A stretch of 63,365 nucleotides of DNA, filler included, from Salisapilia sapeloensis CBS 127946 (Eukaryota > Protista > Oomycota), in the NCBI GenBank assembly GCA_023334545.1. It is 4 parts of 4 records of this genome, joined end to end, with 100 filler letters (N's around TTAATTAATTAA, not from the genome) between each part and the next. Parts side by side here need not be neighbours in the genome. Positions count along the whole stretch, not along the records: positions 27,084 to 51,786 come from JAADVB010000258.1; positions 51,887 to 61,518 come from JAADVB010000461.1; 2 more parts are not named here. One strand, 5' to 3'. Of the stretch, positions 44,240 to 55,451 are shown one piece after another (position 1 is the stretch's first letter; every line of letters begins with the position of its first letter). The notes under the pieces were generated by a model that searched no databases, was not told where the DNA came from, and saw only the letters and a list, made by a program, of their open reading frames with translations. The position numbers and the translations under genes are program-made.

Positions 44240-45594
44240 CTACATGTTGAGTATTGCCCGTAGAGCCTTGTCGGCTACTGGCGTCAGTTGTACTTGGTTC
44301 CGAACTTGTTCTCGCTCCAGCGCTTCCAATTGCGCTGGACCTTCGCTTTCTTGCCACCATTCCAAGTTACTTTCATGCTGCACGAGACTGCTTTCGAGAG
44401 CTAACAGGGCGTTCGTCCGCAGTTCTTCATCGTCTGCAGCTTTTGCGTGCTGCAACAAGAGACGCAGTGCACCGGCTTCACGCGCCAAGGACTGACTTTC
44501 CTTGTTCAAGTTAGTGGCATGGTGCACAGCCCACGCGGCGCTACTGGTCAGCTCTGGAGAGTACACGGGAGACAGCAGTAGGGACAAGGTAGCTAACGCA
44601 CCGGACTAGACATCGGGTAAGCTTAGTTGAGATCTACACGAATAGATTTAATAGTCGAACCTCTCGAACAAAGTCTTGCGCAGAAATGTCACGGGCAGAG
44701 AGCACATTTCCAATGGCAAATGCTGCCGTGGCACGAGTCGCATCGTCTGTATAAAAGCAAAATAAGTTAAACGAGACGATATTTGCCGTTCAAGGGTCCA
44801 ACCTTTTCCTGGTGCCAGATAATCAAAGAGAGTCTGGAGAGCGTCGCTTTCACATAGGTATTCTCGAGCGTGAGGGATTCCAGCGATCGTCGAAAGAGCA
44901 GTGACAGCACCTCGCTGGACTGACTCATTCGAAACCTCTTGAAGGGCCCTTACCAGACGATCAAGGACACTGGGTGACGATACAGAAGATGATGCCGATG
45001 GGTCTAAGGCTATATTACCGAGGGCAACGCAAGACGCACCGACTAGTCGGAGATCTTGGTGCTGTAAGTATGATGCAATGGTGTCTGTTTCGTCACAACA
45101 TGTTAGATCTACAAGCTGCACCAAGTGATCAAATGAACGCTACCGATAGCTTCGAGTGCCAAAAGCTCATTGACTACAGCCGAAGAAGTGGAGGTCTTGA
45201 TAATAGTCAGAAAGGCATGAATAAGAAGGTCTACGTCACTGCTTTTCGTGCCTTCGCCACGAAGGATGGACACGACGCCTTTGATGGCTCCACTATCAAC
45301 TAACTCGTTGTATTGACTGGAATCAGTCGAGACCTGTAGTTGCTGCAGCGCCTTTAGACGCTCTGACTTGTCCAGTGCAGGGTTGCTCACTGTATCCGCT
45401 GCAGCCCACACGATTTCGGTCGATGACGAAAATGACAATCGGGCGCCAATTCGGTCAAATGAGGACAGTTTGGGGTAGTCAATGAGGATAGCAGAACGTA
45501 GGACCTGGGCTGCATTCGATGTAGCACGAGCAGAGCTACTTGATCGTCGAAAAGCGATCGATGCCGACACGCCGAGCCGAGCAATCCGAGTCAT
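44240..45594 (-). CDS. Armadillo-repeat protein (3 exons)
   Basis: ARM-like units LVDSGAIKGVVSIL, ASCVALGNIA, AVTALSTIA, AAWAVHHA and AGALRLLL, spread over three spliceable ORFs. Confidence 0.7.
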
Positions 45595-45721
45595 TTTCAA
45601 TGTCCAAGTGCGTGTCAATGAGTACCTTGACTGTACCTCTGTAAATGGTACATCAGCAATGAATACACTTTGGACACTTGAATATCGCTACCGCATTTAT
45701 TTACTACCGAAGTTTATAGTA

Positions 45722-46453
45722 CTAGCTACGGCTAAGCCTAATAATAACGCTGTAATCGTCTTCATCTAACATGAGCTTCTTGCCGAGAGCTCCTACGGTG
45801 TTCTTGACAAAAGTACTATCGATCAGTTGCCGATTCGGTTGCTTTTGTACTTCCAGACCCTGACGCTCAGCCTCTTCAATAAAGTGAGAGGCGCTGCATT
45901 TATCTCCACCACATTTGCCACTGCAGTCGGCACAACAGGCATCCATACTGAAGAGGGCGGTGCCGCTGGTTGATAGTAGATCACATACACTCTGGAGCAG
46001 CGGTTGGTGTGCTGCTCTTCCAACCTGAGTCACTTCGCTACCCAAGACGACATCAAACTTTCTGGTACCACTGGAAGGGCCCCATATCAGCTCTTCTGAT
46101 GTGATCAAGCTGGTATTTAAGACGTTCACGTTCAACTCGATATTTGGTGGTAGTAGCTCTGGATATTCATCCGTTAGTACTACCTTGGACGCACCCAGTG
46201 CTGCCGTCACAAGTCCACATAGTCCGCATCCAGCGCCAAGCTCCACAACACTTTTATTATCGACGATTTGCTTGTGCTGATCTAGGTATTCGCACAAGAT
46301 AAAGGCTCCCGCCCATACTTCACCTCCCATTCCATCGCACTTCCGCGTATCTTGCACGACGCGTATCTCTATTCCATTGGAGCAAGCATAAGTCGCTTCA
46401 TGGCCTTGTTCTCCCACTGCTAATGCTCCGCTTCCATCCTTGTTGCTCGTCAT
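45722..46453 (-). CDS. Protein-lysine methyltransferase, METTL21/Methyltransf_16 family
   Basis: GGEVWAGAFIL, VVELGAGCGLCG, VVLTD, LIWG and FDVVLGSEV. Confidence 0.9.
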   Translation of the reverse strand: MTSNKDGSGALAVGEQGHEATYACSNGIEIRVVQDTRKCDGMGGEVWAGAFILCEYLDQHKQIVDNKSVVELGAGCGLCGLVTAALGASKVVLTDEYPELLPPNIELNVNVLNTSLITSEELIWGPSSGTRKFDVVLGSEVTQVGRAAHQPLLQSVCDLLSTSGTALFSMDACCADCSGKCGGDKCSASHFIEEAERQGLEVQKQPNRQLIDSTFVKNTVGALGKKLMLDEDDYSVIIRLSRS

Positions 46454-46661
46454 CGGACCTTTGATAGTATGTGTCCTACTTATGGTGTCAAGAGAAAATC
46501 AGAATTGTACATCTATTCTGTATATGCATTTGTAAGATCCAGAAAAATAGCTGCATCGCCACATCCAGCCAAACGACTTTCAAGCGACACCAACCACTTT
46601 CATTTCGCACGAGGTAGTGCCTACCAAGTTCTCTAGTAGCTGCACCTTCGCAATTGAAACC

Positions 46662-48794
46662 ATGGCTTCTCGTCCAGAGATGCTCGGCAAGCTGCCCCAA
46701 TTGCAGAATCTCGTGAAGAGGGATCCGGAGGCGTACAAGTCAGAGTTTCTTCTCCAGTTTCGACACTTTGAGAGCGAACTGGAGCTACTACGTCTCTCTC
46801 CAGCTTCTCTCGCTCCTGCTGCGTTGTCAAATTTTGCCAACCTAACTACCTTCCTCAGCCATGTAGCCAGCTGCTACCCGGATGAGATGGCTAACTTTCC
46901 CACCGAGCTGATGAATGTCCTGGACCAACAGGGCGACCTCCTGCCGTTTGACATCCGAAAGAATCTCGTGCAGAACCTCATTCTACTACGCAACCGGGAG
47001 CTCATTGATCCAATTACGTTGCTCCCGTTCTTCTTCAAGCTCTTTCGACTTCCAGATAAACGCATTCGGGAGCTCGTGCACGCGCACATTGTGTCTGACC
47101 TCAAGCGTCTCAATGCCAAGTCACAAAACCAACGTGTCAATCGAGTTATCCAGAACTTCCTCTTTAACATGATTCGGGACGAGGAAGAGCAGTCTGCCGT
47201 TCGGTCTCTACAGGTCGTCGTCGAGCTCTTCAAGAAGAAGATCTGGCACGACCAAAAGACAGTGAACGTCCTCGCTGCTGCAAGCACCCAGAGTCTGCAG
47301 GACAACAGTGCCAAGAACAGCAAGCTCATGGTCTTGGCTCTGCATTTCTTCTTGGGCATTGATGCCGATATTGACGAGGAGGACAAGAGTTTTAAAGCAC
47401 AAAAGAAGAGCCTCGTGGAAGTGGATTATCACGCCCATTCGAAAAAGACCAAGAAGAGAGAACGAGAGACGAGAGCCCAGATTGCGAAGAACCGTCGGTC
47501 TCGAAGGAGGGAAGTGGAGACGACGCCTGTCTTCCCTGCCATCGAGTTATTGAACGACCCACAAGGTATGTGTGAAAAGATGCTGCAGGTGCTAAGGAAG
47601 ACGACGCACAAGTTTGAGACGAAGCTGCTCATCCTCAACTTTGTCTCTCGTGTCATTGGCACGCACAAGCTCGTTGTTCTACAGATCTACTCTGTTTTAC
47701 AGCGCTACCTCCAGTCGCCGTCTCAAGAGCACGTTACGCAGATCCTAGCGTACCTTCTCCAAGCCTGCCACGACCTCGTTCCTCCAGAAGACATTGCCCC
47801 GATCGTTCGGACGATTGCGCACAATTTCGTGACGGAACGAAACAACAGTGAAGTCGTGGCGGTCGGCATCAACTCTCTTCGAGGCATCTTCACTCGTGTG
47901 CCTCTTGTGCTCGAGGTGGAAGAGGTACAGGGTCTAGTAGAAGACCTTGTGCAGTACAATCGCGCAAAGGACAAGAGCATCGTGATGGCTGCGAGAGGCG
48001 TCTTGAACCTCATTCGAGAGATCTATCCGTCCTTGTTGAAACGAAAGGAGCGAGGTAAGTTCCATGACATGGAAAGCAAGCCGAAGGGGTATGGAGAGGT
48101 CGATGTGAAGGACGGAGTGGATGGCGTGGAGCTTCTGATGGAAGCAGAAGCCAGTGGTCGCTTCGATGATGAAGACGGAGATGGATGGGAAGTTGCGTCA
48201 GAGGACTCAGATGACGGAAGTGAGGATTGGGTCGATGTGTCTTCGGACGAGGAAGAGAAGCCAGAGGACGATGGACAAGAAGGAGAAGAGGGGGAACAGG
48301 AAGAGCAAGAGGAAGAGAAAAAGATCGACGTCAAGGACCGAATGGACGCCAAACGTATTCTCACTCCTCGCGACTTTGAGCGCATTGCGATGCTAAAGCA
48401 GGAGCAAGAAGAACTTCGGAGGGATCCGAAGAACCGGAACACGCAGCACACGCAACGTAACCGAAAGCGCAAGACGGAGGACAGTCAGGGCAAGCACGTC
48501 GAGTCCAAGGTCGAGCCGGACGATTTGGCTGGATTCGTAAAGAAGCGTCGTATGACTCAAGAGGAGAGACTGCGAAGTGTGCTGCAAGGACGTGAAGAGT
48601 TCGAGCACAAGAAGAGTGGCGGCGGCACCACTGAACGCGAGAAGCAACGGAAGAAGCACTTCCAGATGGTCCAGAAGAGTAGACGTGTGCAGGCTAAAGT
48701 AGCGTTAGGAGCCAAGCAAGTCCAGAAGAAGCGTACGCAGGCGGTGAAGAAGGCTGTCAAGGACGGGAAGAAGCCCAAGCGCCGGCGGACGTAA
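46662..48794 (+). CDS. SDA1: SDA1 60S ribosome biogenesis factor
   Basis: LPQLQNLVKRDPEAYKSEF, ACHDLVPPE, FVTERNNSEVVAVGINSLR, KDKSIVMAARG and RILTPRDF. Confidence 0.95.
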   Translation: MASRPEMLGKLPQLQNLVKRDPEAYKSEFLLQFRHFESELELLRLSPASLAPAALSNFANLTTFLSHVASCYPDEMANFPTELMNVLDQQGDLLPFDIRKNLVQNLILLRNRELIDPITLLPFFFKLFRLPDKRIRELVHAHIVSDLKRLNAKSQNQRVNRVIQNFLFNMIRDEEEQSAVRSLQVVVELFKKKIWHDQKTVNVLAAASTQSLQDNSAKNSKLMVLALHFFLGIDADIDEEDKSFKAQKKSLVEVDYHAHSKKTKKRERETRAQIAKNRRSRRREVETTPVFPAIELLNDPQGMCEKMLQVLRKTTHKFETKLLILNFVSRVIGTHKLVVLQIYSVLQRYLQSPSQEHVTQILAYLLQACHDLVPPEDIAPIVRTIAHNFVTERNNSEVVAVGINSLRGIFTRVPLVLEVEEVQGLVEDLVQYNRAKDKSIVMAARGVLNLIREIYPSLLKRKERGKFHDMESKPKGYGEVDVKDGVDGVELLMEAEASGRFDDEDGDGWEVASEDSDDGSEDWVDVSSDEEEKPEDDGQEGEEGEQEEQEEEKKIDVKDRMDAKRILTPRDFERIAMLKQEQEELRRDPKNRNTQHTQRNRKRKTEDSQGKHVESKVEPDDLAGFVKKRRMTQEERLRSVLQGREEFEHKKSGGGTTEREKQRKKHFQMVQKSRRVQAKVALGAKQVQKKRTQAVKKAVKDGKKPKRRRT

Positions 48795-48861
48795 TGAAAG
48801 AAAATTTTGCTTTAAATTCTTTTCTTAGATCGGGTTCATATTGCGAAACATCCAAGAGGTC

Positions 48862-49926
48862 ATGGCACTCCTACCGGCGGCGAACTGCCCACCACTGCTC
48901 TTGGCGACACGCAAGGACGAAGTGTATACTTCTAAAGTGTCGGCTCTCGTCAAGGATCTGGCGGAACGGTGCGGAGGTGCGCATTTTGCATCTCAATTGG
49001 CACCAGAGCTGACGCTCCTGTCGTCACTGCTGTACTATGGTAGCTCATTGTGGCGTCGGCACCAGACACTTGGAGAGGAATATGGCGAACTCCTACGCGT
49101 TGCCTCGAGTGTCAATCGCTCCGTTCAAACAGCTACATTTTCGACAGAGGCGCACTATTTGATCTACTCCTTAGTCCCAATCTACCTCCTATCGCGATCT
49201 CAGCAAGGGTGGAGAGCACTGTCCGAAGCAGGATTAACCCCACAGCAAAGGATGCGACGTCACCTGCTGCTGCGAAGTAGAAACACTAGTGAGAATACGT
49301 CCAGTGGTCGACCTGAAGGCAGTCGGATGCTGCAATCGCTGGACACTCTTGTTTCGTCCATCAAGCAGGCTGGGGGCACGTTGAAAGAAAAGATACCTGC
49401 ACTAGAGTATTACCATGTATGGCGGTGGGTCATGGACTTCCACTTGGCCACCTTTTATATCCATCAGCAGTTTCCCACTTGGAGTCATCGCTTCGCGAAA
49501 CTACGATACGCCTCTCTTAAACAGGAAGAGGGGCCTCAGATCAACCTAGCTGTATTGGGATACATGATGGTCATCCGTCTTGTCGTATCGATGGCTGGAG
49601 AGAGCAGTGCTTTACTCCATCATCTCGTGAAGCAACGTCGGAAATATAAGCAACAGGTAGCTTCTGAAAGCCAGCAGCAGCCAAGTCGAGTCCCCACTGC
49701 CCATTCCGCTGGCGTCGTACAGACCCCATTATCCAGTAACTCCAAGGCTGGCAAATGTAGTCTGTGCCTCGGAAGCCGACAAGATCCTGCTGCCACTCCG
49801 TGTGGTCACGTCTTTTGCTGGGACTGCATCGTTGGGTGGAGTCAAAAGGACGAAAAGGGCGAATGCCCGCTTTGCAGACAGTCCCTCCAGCCGCAACAGA
49901 TCACGCCTCTCTACAATTATTGCTAA
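48862..49926 (+). CDS. PEX10: Peroxin PEX10 (Pex2/Pex12 N-domain + C3HC4 RING)
   Basis: [18 protein letters not shown] and FHLATFY; RING CSLC...[11 protein letters not shown]...CPLC. Confidence 0.88.
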   Translation: MALLPAANCPPLLLATRKDEVYTSKVSALVKDLAERCGGAHFASQLAPELTLLSSLLYYGSSLWRRHQTLGEEYGELLRVASSVNRSVQTATFSTEAHYLIYSLVPIYLLSRSQQGWRALSEAGLTPQQRMRRHLLLRSRNTSENTSSGRPEGSRMLQSLDTLVSSIKQAGGTLKEKIPALEYYHVWRWVMDFHLATFYIHQQFPTWSHRFAKLRYASLKQEEGPQINLAVLGYMMVIRLVVSMAGESSALLHHLVKQRRKYKQQVASESQQQPSRVPTAHSAGVVQTPLSSNSKAGKCSLCLGSRQDPAATPCGHVFCWDCIVGWSQKDEKGECPLCRQSLQPQQITPLYNYC

Positions 49927-50229
49927 GCTGGAATTGAACGTGTCTTTTCACCTCATTGTCTTGACAAGTTCCGTGCGTTTGTATTCTTTGCTGAGTGGTG
50001 ATGACTCATCGACAGAAACCTCTAGAGCAGATATACAGCCAAGACTTTATCCTGCTAATCGAAGTGTTTTGTCACGGATAGTACCCGCACGCAGTGGCAG
50101 TATTTGAAGTCCAACAAGTGTATGAGAGGTCACTTTATATGTCATAGGATGCTGAGCTATTTACTTCCATGGAGAAATGTATCCAGTGCTACTCAAGATA
50201 CAGAAGAAAGCATCTATTCATGGCATACT

Positions 50230-50245
50230 CTCACTTTCCCATCTT
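50230..50245 (+). promoter_or_regulatory. Oomycete Inr/FPR-like core promoter of the P450 gene
   Basis: CTCACTTTCCCATCTT resembles the GCTCATTYYNCAWTTT consensus and lies ~55-70 nt upstream of the ATG. Confidence 0.45.
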
Positions 50246-50298
50246 CCGTCAAGCTCACAAGACTTTCGTCCAGAAACTGACCAAACAACTCTTTAGTC

Positions 50299-51786
50299 AT
50301 GATATCATGGATGTGGGTGCTGCCGACGGTAACCATCGTCTCTTTGGCGTACACTTTCTACCCTGACGCAAAATACCGAGCTCTACGACCCCTACCTGCA
50401 CCGAAAGGGACGCTTCCTCTCCTTGGCAATACACTCGATGTCGGTGTAAACCAGCTCGCTCGACTGCACGACTGGATCGCAGACCAGTGCATCACGTTCC
50501 AGGGCAAGCCTTGGCGACTATCGATTCTAGGAGCTCCACCTTTCGTCGTCTTGAGTACGCCAAATCTGTTCGAAGATGTACTAAAGACGCAGTTTCATAT
50601 CTTTGACAAGGGCGAGCGGATGCGAAGCATCTTTGAGGAGTTTCTTGGAGACTCTTTGATTGCGCACGACGGAGAGAAATGGAGAGTACAACGAAAAGTG
50701 CTTGCGAGTATGTTTTCGGTTCGAAAGTTCCGAGAAGGTATCGGCGAAAGCATCCAAAAGTACCTGCTTCAGATGAACGACATTTTGAACGAGTACAGCA
50801 CTTCTGGCAAGGTGCTAGAAGTTAGTAAGCTCATTCCGTGCTTCACTTTCGATAGTTTTACGGACATCAGTTTTGGCCAGGACCGTCGTACCCTTCAATC
50901 GACCAGCTTCGAGGAAGAAGACAGCGACCAGACGGAAGTGGACGCGTTGTGGGATGCCATTAATGCTGTAGGTGAGGTCATTGAATGTCGCTTTCATGAA
51001 CCGAATGCAGTATGGAGACTGAAACGTTTACTCGGAATTGGACATGAACGAAAGCTAAAGGAAGGCATCGAAATCATCAATCAACTGGTATACAAGGTCA
51101 TTTATGAATGCATTCGTCGCCGGAATGATCCGAAGCAAGCCACTAAGACACAGAAGGATGTCATCTCTCTCTTTCTAGAGCTAGAGGAGAAGGAAGCAGC
51201 TGCGTCAAAGGATGGCAAAGAGGACAAGGATCGCATTGAGATCAATGCCAAATTCCTTCGAGACATCGGTATTACAGTCTTGCTTGCCGGACGAGACACT
51301 ACCGCTGGTACAATCGTCTGGTCACTTGTGGATCTTAATAATCGCCCGGACGTGGTTGATAAGATAAGGAAAGAGCTTCAAGAGAGACTTCCGAAGCTGT
51401 ACACGGAGGAAGCGTATGTGCCTGGTTTCGATGATGTAGAGAGCTTAGTTTATCTCGACGCTGTGATTCGAGAGACTCTTCGCCTGCACCCTGCTGCCCC
51501 TTTGAATGTCAAAGAGGCAAATCAAGACACGGTGCTCTCGGACGGAACATTTATGAAAAAGGGAACGCTGGCGTACATTCCAACGTACGCTCTGCACCGA
51601 TTGCCACAAACATGGGGAGATGATGCGAACGAGTTTCGTCCGGAACGTTGGATCGATCCATCTAGCGGCAAAATCATTTCCGTATCGCCATACCAATGGA
51701 ACGCCTTCCACGCCGGCCCACGACAATGTGTCGGTCAGCGCATGGCCATGATGGAGCTGAAGACTGTGCTGGCACATATGCTGAGC
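50299..51786 (+). CDS. Cytochrome P450, CYP86-clan-like; 3' end truncated by contig end
   Basis: N-terminal TM helix; AGRDTT (I-helix), ETLR, PERW and heme motif FHAGPRQCVG. Confidence 0.95.
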
Positions 51787-51886
51787 NNNNNNNNNNNNNN
51801 NNNNNNNNNNNNNNNNNNNNNNNNNNNNNNTTAATTAATTAANNNNNNNNNNNNNNNNNNNNNNNNNNNNNNNNNNNNNNNNNNNN
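51787..51886. other. Artificial contig linker
   Basis: 44 N + TTAATTAATTAA + 44 N. Confidence 0.97.
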
Positions 51887-52580
51887 AGGTGCGAGGGCTA
51901 AGGCGGGACGATTGGAGGTATACATATGAAAAAGGGGATGTCGGCGGTATTGTGAGGGATTCATGTGGGCGGAAAGCTATGCGGCGCATGTACTGCAGAT
52001 ATGCGTAGCCGTCTACACATATATATTCCTGAGCATAGGACGACCAGTGGGTCTCCATTGCTCTTTTGTTTCCGTTTCACTTAGCTGATAGTCGGTAGAT
52101 TTTAACGGACTGACAATGCAAGAGCAAAAATTGAAGCAAAGTGTAGTCACGAAAGAGGCACTTTGAGGAATAGTCTAGAAGCGACCATCTACGCACCATC
52201 TTACCACGTGCGAGGAATGATCGGTCAGCTGCATCTTCCATGTCCATGCCCAAGATGTGAAAAAGCTGATCAGATTCTGTACAACGAGAGGACGCTATCA
52301 GTGCAGAGAGCAAGGCAAAGACTTGCATTCACATGCACGGCATCTATGAAATAAGCGTACTAAGTACAACTTCCATTCCATCTACGATACATCCATTTTA
52401 AAAGTTGTCGTCCTATCTCTATCTACTAGCGACATATTCGTGTACTGGGTTAAATTCGAAAGTTTTCTCTGACGGTTGCGAACAGATTTTTCGCATACAT
52501 CCGCGTGGGTCTATCAAATGCTATTTTCTCTGTTGATGATTCATACAAGAAATTTCGCACGTTGAAGAACCATCCTCAAA

Positions 52581-52599
52581 GCTCACTTTCGAATTTGCG
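52581..52599 (+). promoter_or_regulatory. Oomycete Inr/FPR core promoter of the metallothionein gene
   Basis: GCTCACTTTCGAATTTGCG is close to the Inr (YCAYTYY) + FPR (MWTTTNC) consensus, ~60 nt upstream of the ATG. Confidence 0.7.
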
Positions 52600-52640
52600 C
52601 TCAACCCCCGAAGCGACCGACAAAAAGAACACGCTAAACG

Positions 52641-52901
52641 ATGACGACTAAAACTTGCAACTGCGCGAACTGCTCCTGCGGAGGCTCTGGAAACTGCAAC
52701 TGTGCCGACTGCTCGACTTCTGGATGTAACTGTGCCAAGTCGTCTGGATGCCCGAGCGGAAACTCGAACTGCACTTGCGGCGGATCCTGCTCGTGCGGTG
52801 ACTCGTGCACCTGTGGCAACAGCGCAAACTGCGGATGTGGCGGTGATGGTGGAGAATGCTCTTGCACGGATTGCAAGTGCACCAACTGCGGTTGCAAATA
52901 A
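52641..52901 (+). CDS. Metallothionein-type Cys-rich protein (86 aa, 24 Cys)
   Basis: 11 CxC pairs plus 2 single Cys. No aromatic, His, Leu, Ile or Val residues; G/S/N/T-rich. Good ATG and an upstream core promoter. Confidence 0.88.
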   Translation: MTTKTCNCANCSCGGSGNCNCADCSTSGCNCAKSSGCPSGNSNCTCGGSCSCGDSCTCGNSANCGCGGDGGECSCTDCKCTNCGCK

Positions 52902-53009
52902 GAATTGAAGCATGCAACGATCGATTAACGCAGCAGGTCGGTTTCTATTGATGTTGCAGCAGATTAACTTAGGAGAGAGGATCGAAAACCAAATAAAAAT
53001 GTAGCTGCA

Positions 53010-53345
53010 TTAGTTTCTTTTCTCCGCGTCTTCCCCGTGTAGCTTAATTAGCATTGGTCCCTCTGTTTCATATTCCTCCTTGTCGATATAAACTTCATTC
53101 TTCTTTGCCTTGACGATCAAGTTCCAATTGGATATGTATCGGTTCATGTCCTGAAGGTTCGTTCTCATCGTCATTCTTCCTTGCTTTTGTGTCATGCCCT
53201 TCAACTCTTGTTCGACAATCTGGTCAAAGAGTGCAAACATCCCGTCGCCCACGCTGTCGACATCCACAACAGTATTTGACTCTTCCAACTTGCCAAGTGC
53301 ATCCGCCAACGACCGGCCCAACAGTGTACCTCGGTACCTCTCCAT
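53010..53345 (-). CDS. TFIIA gamma (small) subunit-like protein
   Basis: MERYRGTLLGRSLADALGKL...LFDQIVEQEL...NRYISNWNLIV follows the TFIIA-gamma pattern YR.T.LG.SL..AL...FD...YR....W. An alternative ATG lies at 53363. Confidence 0.65.
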   Translation of the reverse strand: MERYRGTLLGRSLADALGKLEESNTVVDVDSVGDGMFALFDQIVEQELKGMTQKQGRMTMRTNLQDMNRYISNWNLIVKAKKNEVYIDKEEYETEGPMLIKLHGEDAEKRN

Positions 53346-53475
53346 TTTCCCACAAATGGGCATTCGGTCCAAAATATGCAGACATAACTTCCTAAAGAAC
53401 TTCATACAAGAATAACTATTAATTAAAGACAAACTTCAAAAACGTGATTGGAACGACTGGAAGCCATATTGGACC

Positions 53476-54918
53476 ATGAACGGAGGACTCGTAAGCGAGA
53501 ATGAGCGCCAATTCATCCTTTCTGGATTGAAAGATGCACAGAAACCTATTCGAGCAGACGGGAGGGAGCTATTGCAACATCGCAAGGTACCTATAGAATC
53601 GAAATACGCTCTTATGCCTGTTTAAAGTAACTGGTTGTGGATGTCGACTGTCTTATAGCTCCGTTTGCAGTTCCGAAGGTCACAAGGTCAGTCACAGGCA
53701 GAGCTACAACTAGGACGCACTCGGTATGCTAGTATACAACCACTTGTATCTTTAAAAATGCTTATTTAAAGCCTCGTTTAGTGTACTAGCGACCGTGTCG
53801 ACGCAAGTGGTTCCTCCATTCCCAGATCGACCGACCGAAGGTTTTCTCCAATTCAACGTCGACCTCTCTCCCATGGCCAATCCGCTCTTCAGTGTACTTA
53901 TATATCTATCTACATGCATCTGCAAGTTGGTATTCACCATTTTCTCTTTCTTCCACAGCAAACGTCATCGCGACGAACGCCATTGTCACTAGACTTGACG
54001 CGATCTCTTGAAAAAGCGCTTCGAGAATCCAAAGCTTTGGATACAGAGGCTCTTACCATTGTAGCTGGCGAACAGGTCTGGTCTCTCTCTGTCAATATCA
54101 CCATAATGGATGATAATGGCAACTTGCTCGACGCCTGCATGTTGGCCACAAGTGCCTCGCTCCTCCATTGCCGACTTCCGTCCTCGACAAGCAACTCGAA
54201 CCAGTCGGAATCGCTGCCTCTGAGTGTCCACCACCTTCCTTACTGTATCACGTTTGGGTACTTTCAAGCGTCGCAATTAGCAGACGAAGATGTCCAAGTG
54301 CTCGTGGACCCTGTCGCGAGTGAAGAAGAGCTTGTAGATGGTCAAATTCGGTTCGTTCTAAACTCTTTCCGAGAAGTTTGTACCGTCCAAAAGAATGGCG
54401 GAAGTGCATTGTCTCAAGCGAGTGTCATCCACTTTGCACGTATTGCTGCGAGCAAAGTGGAGGAGTTAGGTGCATATGTCGTGGAACAAGAGAAAGAGGC
54501 AGATGTAGTCGCAGTTGAGAAGCAGAGACAGTTGCTACGAGGACAGCAGTATCGAGATGTTGCCTTGGGTGGACAGGCCACGGATGAACATGATGTAGAT
54601 CAAGAGCTCGCGGATTACGATGCACTGCATCGGCCGATCCCATTGCGGGAGGAAGTACAGGTCCAGGACGACGGAGCATCCATTCAAGATCTCATGAAAG
54701 AGCTGGAGAGTGCGGCCAACAAAGAGGACAAGGACGACGATCCAGGTGCGGCATTGACGCAAGAAGCCCGTGAGGACTTTGAAAAATTGACGCAGCATCA
54801 AGGACTTCGTGGCTTGATTCGAGAGACCAAGTCGATGGATGTCGATAGTGAAGAGGAGGAAGAACAAGTGACGTCGACGTTACAGAGTGAATTTGGAAAA
54901 AGCGAGGAGCAAAAGTAG
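53476..54918 (+). CDS. RRP45: Exosome complex component RRP45 (RNase PH-like; multi-exon)
   Basis: SENERQFIL...RADGR, QLGRTR, VVPPFPDRPTEGFLQFNVDLSPMA, SKALDTEAL and DDNGNLLDAC. Confidence 0.9.
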
Positions 54919-55451
54919 CGAGGTAGATGGTAGAATATAATAAGGACGACTGGAGTCGGACTCTGTGCTTTCAACCACATTTTGAATCTTTTGAACTTGA
55001 TAAGAAGTACTAGTGTTACTGCTTCACGTGTCTAAGTGCACAATGTGTTCAACGTATCCTTGCAGTTGATCGACTGCGTGCTGATAATGATAATAAAAGG
55101 TCACAAAAGTAGTACGGGCTTACCAAAGGTGCACTCACATGTGACCCACCCCGTGTCCTCTACTTTGAGGGTGAAAATTGAGAAGACAAGACATGGAGTA
55201 CTACATAGCATGGACAAAATGTCTTTCAAGAATACCTTCGCGGCTTCTTCGAATATCTATCAGCGTGTTTGCTTAAAATTGAATTGCTCAAAGCGAGGAA
55301 CTCATGCAAAAATTGAGCTTCGAATTGGAACATTTATTGTTATTTCTAAGTTTGTGATTGAGCAGCTCAACGACTATTAATTTTAAATGTAAGCATTACC
55401 AGTCTATATTACTTTTGATGAATTTGAAATATATCAATTAGTCCGAGTCCC

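Noticed and set aside
51887-52058. Possible 5' gene fragment (METHWSSY...) at a contig start
   Set aside because: Short, truncated and without motifs.
52596-52602. Animal-type MRE core TGCGCTC near the metallothionein
   Set aside because: Single 7-mer overlapping the core promoter, and MTF-1-type regulation is not established for this lineage.
50299-52901. P450 + metallothionein as a detoxification cluster
   Set aside because: Separated by an artificial contig linker.
52634-52917. Gln/His/Pro-rich and other overlapping ORFs (52634-52897, 52648-52917, 52521-52913, 52702-52908)
   Set aside because: Shadows of the TGC/TGT-rich metallothionein frame; the promoter orientation supports the plus-strand Cys-rich ORF.
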